From Candidatus Saccharimonadota bacterium (GTDB lineage: Bacteria > Patescibacteriota > Patescibacteriia > 2-12-FULL-60-25), in NCBI GenBank assembly GCA_016699205.1, contig CP064964.1, positions 1,050,001-1,082,000 on the forward strand: a DNA stretch of 32,000 bases, in the 5' to 3' direction. Below are positions 28,220-32,000 of this stretch, piece by piece; within the stretch, counting starts at the first letter, position 1, and every line of letters begins with the position of its first letter. The notes below the pieces were generated by a model, which worked only from the letters and a program-made list of their open reading frames with translations, had not been told where the DNA came from and did no database searches. The position numbers were made by a program, and so were the translations under genes.

Positions 28220-28985
28220 ATGCCATATACGGTTAATCAATTAGCGAAGCTCGCCAGTATCAGCGTGCGCACGCTGCATCACTACGACCAAGTCGGGTTG
28301 CTTAAGCCTGCCCTGCTTCGCAAAAATGGTTATCGTGAATATGGGGAGACGGAGCTGCTTAAGCTTCAGCAAATTCTGTTCTTTCGCGAGTTGGATTTTC
28401 CGTTGGAGGATATTAAACGGATTATGTCCTCGCCGAGTTTTGATACACGGCAGGCGCTGCTGGATCATCGGAATATGATCGAGCTGAAAAAGAAACGTCT
28501 TTCCGGATTAATCAAAGCGATCGATAAAACATTAATTCAACTAGAAAAAGAAACCTATGGACGAGCAAGACTTGAAGGAGACGTATGACACTTTTGGTGA
28601 AGATACCGTCAAGGAGTACGCCGATGAGGTGAAGCAGCGTTGGGGGAATACGGAAGCGTACAAGCAGTCGATGGAGCGCTATAGCAAAATGACTAAGGCG
28701 GACATGGAGGAATATAAGAAAGGTGCGGACATCTTCATGAAGAAGGCGGCGGAAGTCTCTGAAAAGGGTGCGCTTAGCCCGGAGTTTCAAGAGATGATTG
28801 ACCAACACTTCAAATCGTTAAGCGCTTGGTATGAGCCGAACTTTGAGATGTATCGTGGATTGGCCAAGATGTATGTAGAGGATCCGTGGTTTGAGGCTTA
28901 TTATGAGAAGTATAAGCCGGGGTTGGCGAAAGTGTTTAGTGAGGGGATGATCCATTACGCGGATAAGAATGAGCCGAATAAGTAA
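28220..28985 (+). CDS. MerR-family regulator with a TipAS-like C-terminal domain (Mta/TipAL type), reading frame broken once
   Basis: ORF 28220..28588 is a MerR HTH plus coiled coil (YTVNQLAKLASISVRTLHHYD). ORF 28557..28985 is a TipAS-like domain (EVKQRWGNTEAY...). The two join as ..IQLEKKPMDEQDLKE.. if the A-run at 28545..28549 had one fewer A. Confidence 0.75.
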
Positions 28986-28987
28986 AA

Positions 28988-29016
28988 TAAATCCCCGCTC
29001 TTGCGGGGGATTTATT
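28988..29016. terminator. Rho-independent terminator, usable in both directions
   Basis: The stem aaatccccgc pairs with gcgggggattt around a tctt loop. An A-rich stretch lies 5' and tatttat lies 3'. Confidence 0.7.
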
Positions 29017-29160
29017 TATCGATGTAAGCAAAATACTTTCTTAAGAACGCGTTTGATGCCTCACTTATTGCGTCGAGTGAGATGTTCCAGAAGCCTCCAT
29101 CGTCTGTGCCATGTGCGATATCTCCTTTATTTCTGAAATCCCATGCCTTTAGCGCCATGT

Positions 29161-29502
29161 TTATATCGCTTTTCTGACTTTGAGCAGTTTGCCTGTAAAT
29201 ATCATTCTGTCTTTACTGTTTATAAGATGATCCGAGGTACTCTTTCTTCTATCAATGCTGGCACTTATTAGCTCAATACATTTAATAAAGTTTAGGGCAA
29301 TCTCTAAAGTATTAAAATTGCCAGTATATCTATTTCGAGATGCGATCGTTATGTATTTTATGCATCGCCTAAATACCCGATCAGTGCAGGCGAGATAGCG
29401 TTTGGATTTTGCAAGAAAGCCATTGGGTAAGTCCTTCGGAAAAAAATTTCTAACGTTAATTAATGGTGCTGGTGGGCTTATTCTGATCAAACGTCCCCTC
29501 AC
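29161..29502 (-). CDS. Hypothetical protein in an A+T-rich segment (113 aa)
   Basis: ORF 29161..29502 is basic and has no recognised domain. Its frame is open upstream to 29516, so it may be the 3' part of a frame-shifted fusion with 29519..29932. Confidence 0.4.
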   Translation of the reverse strand: MRGRLIRISPPAPLINVRNFFPKDLPNGFLAKSKRYLACTDRVFRRCIKYITIASRNRYTGNFNTLEIALNFIKCIELISASIDRRKSTSDHLINSKDRMIFTGKLLKVRKAI

Positions 29503-29518
29503 TTTAAAAAGATTCCTA

Positions 29519-29932
29519 CTATCTCATAATCAAAATAGTTTTGGCGTCGAATACGTTTCTTGCCAAGTTGTTGAGTTGTCGTTTTAGGGCGAGGGATAGG
29601 GAGGCTATTAGGTCAGTAAAGCGATCTTCTGCTTCTTTGAGAACGAAGTATAAATTTTCTTCGCTGATCTCGGTGCTTACAAGGTAGGAAGATTCGAAAG
29701 TACGTATTGAAACTGGTTGTTGAGGATAATGTATGAAAGCATCCACGCCCTTACTTAAAGAATGGCTAGCGCTTCTTTTTTCAATAATAGGAATCTCTGG
29801 CAGATCCCTTTCTAAAAAGGCGGTTGTCTTTTCAATATGACATTCTCCAATCTTCACTTTTCGCTCAGGTAAAAAATCGCCTAAGATTTTTGCGTAGACG
29901 ATATATTTTGTTTTTTTTCGCTGCTCACTCAT
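29519..29932 (-). CDS. Hypothetical protein in an A+T-rich segment (137 aa)
   Basis: ORF 29519..29932 has no recognised domain, and its composition is visibly more A+T-rich than its neighbours. A 27-codon ORF (29925..30008, MPVCWTCEKLDRD...) overlaps its start by ATGAGTGA. Confidence 0.45.
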   Translation of the reverse strand: MSEQRKKTKYIVYAKILGDFLPERKVKIGECHIEKTTAFLERDLPEIPIIEKRSASHSLSKGVDAFIHYPQQPVSIRTFESSYLVSTEISEENLYFVLKEAEDRFTDLIASLSLALKRQLNNLARNVFDAKTILIMR

Positions 29933-30161
29933 AGAATTTTTTCACTTCATCCGTTATCGCAACAACCATATCTCGATCCAGCTTTTCGCATGTCCAGCAG
30001 ACCGGCATCGCATGGTTCTGATCCTTCTATATTTTGGATCCCAGAAGCGATTCATGTATTACTTTTTCGATCTCTATATTTCTGGACCAAGAATCCAATG
30101 AAGGTTCCGATCACATAATACCCAAGAAACAAGATCAGTGTCCTGAAGACAAAAGAATATC

Positions 30162-30470
30162 TCAACCGTATTGCGACAATTTGCTTCCCGGTGTCATTAC
30201 TTGTTTTTCACAACCGTTTTCTTCGGTCCAATAGGTGCAGACCGGAACGGTGTTGGGACAATATGGTTCCGTGTTAACCATGAATCCGTTCAGTAGAGAA
30301 TAGCTATGGCCAGTAATGAAAGAAAGATAGATCGTTCCGTTAGTTAAAACGGGACTCAGACCGACGCGTGGCGCCGATATAAGAACGATCAAGAAAAACA
30401 CATAGAGGCTGGCGCATGCCGCTAGCCCCGCGAGTCCGCCTTTGAGCCAAAGTGATCCCGACTTTTTCAT
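30162..30470 (-). CDS. Small membrane protein (102 aa) with a Cys-containing extracytoplasmic tail
   Basis: I prefer internal ATG 30470, which is 1 nt after the DUF1428 stop. The TM helix is GLAGLAACASLYVFFLIVLI, and the tail contains CPNTVPVC...C. No family recognised. Confidence 0.45.
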   Translation of the reverse strand: MKKSGSLWLKGGLAGLAACASLYVFFLIVLISAPRVGLSPVLTNGTIYLSFITGHSYSLLNGFMVNTEPYCPNTVPVCTYWTEENGCEKQVMTPGSKLSQYG

Positions 30471-30471
30471 C

Positions 30472-30861
30472 TTATTTCTTCCAAAGCTCCACCACTGGCT
30501 TGAATCCACCAACAGCCATACGTTTTTCATCAAATGGCATGACCATCTTTTCTTTAGGATGCTTTTCAATCCAGTCGTTCATTTCTTTCATGACCTTTTT
30601 ATTTACTTGATCGCGATGCTTGCGCGACTTGTAGATGATAAAGGAATACCAGATTGTTTCACTTGGCTTGGGTTTGACGAGCTGCATGAAGGTCGTTGGC
30701 TTTTGTCCACCCATGCTTGGGTTCATGTCATCGCCGATACATTCAACGTAGGCGACGGCGCCATGTTTCATCCAGGATTTACCACCTTCTTGGGCCATCT
30801 TGCGATACGCGGCAATATTCTTCTTTGGAACCATGAGTACGAAACCGTCGATGTAGGACAT
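30472..30861 (-). CDS. DUF1428-family protein
   Basis: MSYIDGFVLMVPKKNIAAYRKMA...HGAVAYVECIGDD...SRKHRDQVNKKVM...MPFDEKRMAVGGF matches my recollection of the DUF1428 consensus. Confidence 0.65.
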   Translation of the reverse strand: MSYIDGFVLMVPKKNIAAYRKMAQEGGKSWMKHGAVAYVECIGDDMNPSMGGQKPTTFMQLVKPKPSETIWYSFIIYKSRKHRDQVNKKVMKEMNDWIEKHPKEKMVMPFDEKRMAVGGFKPVVELWKK

Positions 30862-30865
30862 AGGT

Positions 30866-31198
30866 TTAAGGATGATGATTAACTCTTCTTTTATCCAAGC
30901 GGTCGAGGCGGAGAATTCTAACGGCGGCGTAAATCACGAGGGCGATGACGAGGAAGTCGACAAAAGCCATGATGAACTCGCCGTAGAGGATCGAGGCACT
31001 GCCAATCGTCCAAGTGGCTGTTTTGAGACCGGCTGCTTTGCCCAGAGCCAGGCCGATAAGCGGGTTCAGTATATTCGTTACCAATGAGGAGACGAATTTT
31101 GAGATAGCTCCGCCGAGAATAAAGCCCACCGCCAAACCGACAACGCCTTGCTCGCGGATGAATTCCAAGAATCCATTCATGGGAGAGATTTTTTCCAT
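30866..31198 (-). CDS. mscL: Large-conductance mechanosensitive channel
   Basis: FLEFIREQGVVGLAVGFILGGAISKFVSSLVTNILNPLIG plus a second TM (FVDFLVIALVIYAAV) and a basic cluster are collinear with MscL. Confidence 0.85.
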   Translation of the reverse strand: MEKISPMNGFLEFIREQGVVGLAVGFILGGAISKFVSSLVTNILNPLIGLALGKAAGLKTATWTIGSASILYGEFIMAFVDFLVIALVIYAAVRILRLDRLDKRRVNHHP

Positions 31199-31224
31199 AG
31201 TGCTATCAGTATAGCGTTATGTTT

Positions 31225-31461
31225 TCAAAAATCTTCTTTTTCCTGCTTGCTCCAACGTTTGATTTTGCCTCACGTTTACGTGCGGCTGATTCTGTTTTTG
31301 ACGGCCGGCTCCAAGCGAGTGTGACAGGTCGATGGCTGCGCGTGTATGCCGCGCCTTTGCCGGCATTATTGCTTGAGAACGCGCTCGGCAACATTGGTCG
31401 AGATTCCCGTGTAGAGGCTGCTGTCACTGCAGCGCAGGATGTAGACGTGCCAGCGCTTCAT
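31225..31461 (-). CDS. GIY-YIG nuclease-domain protein (UPF0213-like), reading frame broken twice
   Basis: ATG 31461 gives MKRWHVYILRCSDSSLYTGISTNVAERVLKQ. The sequence continues as NAGKGAAYTRSHRPVTLAWSRPSKTESAARKREAK in the frame of ORF 31206..31427, then as IKRWSKQEKEDF in a third frame. The breaks lie near 31365..31372 and at the T-run 31263..31266. Confidence 0.65.
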
Positions 31462-31463
31462 AA

Positions 31464-32000
31464 TTATTGGGGCGGCAGAGCTCCGGTGCAACGCCAGTTG
31501 ATGCTGGCTGTTTCTGTCTGTTCATTGACGACGCACGCAGGGAAACAGCCGGGCTGAGTTGCATTCAAGTTTGCATCGAACCACCACGTTTTCGAATTTG
31601 GATTGTAAGTACCTTTTCCGATGGCGCCGCCTCCTTTAATACACGTGTTCTCCGCAATTTGTCTTGCATCTGTTTCCGACATGACGCTTTTTGGTATTGG
31701 ATTTGTTATGGGAGCTGTCTCCGGTTGTAGATTCAAGCTCGTGATTGTCAACTGGAGGACGGTAGCGAAAATCACCCAAAGTAAATAGGGGATATTGATG
31801 AGAGCGATCCATCGCTGATGGGGATAGATTGATATGAGCGCCCAAATGAGCGTCGCAAGCACCAGTAGTATATCGAGAGCTGCGAGTAGGTTGTTCTGTA
31901 ATCCAAACTGCAGTGGAGTAAAGATTGCATTGAAGCAAAGATTGAGGAGAAATGGCCAAATAATGTTGATCGGAAGCCGTTTTTTCGCTGCGAGATAAAA
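31464..32000 (-). CDS. TspO/MBR-family membrane protein fused to a C-terminal Cys-containing soluble domain (5' end outside the window)
   Basis: The frame is open to the window edge. LLNLCFNAIFTPLQFG...INIPYLLWVIFATVLQLTITSLN is collinear with the last TspO helices. It is followed by about 85 aa (ENTCIKGG...TWWFDANL...GCFPACVVNEQTETASINWRCTG). Confidence 0.7.
   Translation of the reverse strand, partial: FYLAAKKRLPINIIWPFLLNLCFNAIFTPLQFGLQNNLLAALDILLVLATLIWALISIYPHQRWIALINIPYLLWVIFATVLQLTITSLNLQPETAPITNPIPKSVMSETDARQIAENTCIKGGGAIGKGTYNPNSKTWWFDANLNATQPGCFPACVVNEQTETASINWRCTGALPPQ

Noticed and set aside
29060-29158. A small minus-strand ORF (MALKAWDFRNKGDIAHGTDGWRLLEHLTRRNK) after the A+T-rich ORFs
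   Set aside because: It has only 32 codons, no Shine-Dalgarno site and no recognisable motif. An alternative frame-shifted reading is longer but unsupported. It is mentioned only within the A+T-rich segment finding.

Overview
This 32-kb chromosomal window holds mostly housekeeping genes. The gene mix looks like a small-genome uncultured bacterium (Patescibacteria/CPR-like); that placement is inference only. On the plus strand from 0 to 21 kb lie the recJ 3' part, two orphan genes with their own promoters and terminators, rnhA, and an HExxH orphan that appears inserted into the rnhA 3' end. These are followed by a compact type IV pilus cluster (pilM, a degenerate PilB-like protein, a membrane-anchored receiver, pilin, prepilin peptidase), ligA, gatC-gatA, lgt, trxB and two DsbA-like proteins. 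Next come a divergent zinc locus (ZIP transporter versus zur plus a CooC/MinD-like ATPase) and a visibly G+C-rich island with two orphan, possibly paralogous genes. From 21 to 32 kb the genes are mostly on the minus strand: an mgtE-like gene, PGI/PMI, DUF1761, and hxlR plus a heterodimeric ABC exporter pair. Plus-strand nitroreductase, DUF1993 and a MerR/TipA-type regulator interrupt this block. It continues with an A+T-rich orphan segment (29.0-30.2 kb), DUF1428, mscL, a GIY-YIG gene and a tspO fusion. I saw no rRNA, tRNA, CRISPR array, transposase or integrase. Two window-wide patterns stand out. Many genes start 6-10 nt after an (often extended) -10 box, which implies leaderless mRNAs. About 20 single-base homopolymer indels break otherwise good genes, and roughly half of them fall in one ABC exporter gene. 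No numerical GC values or database searches were possible; family calls rest on recognised motifs in the translations.
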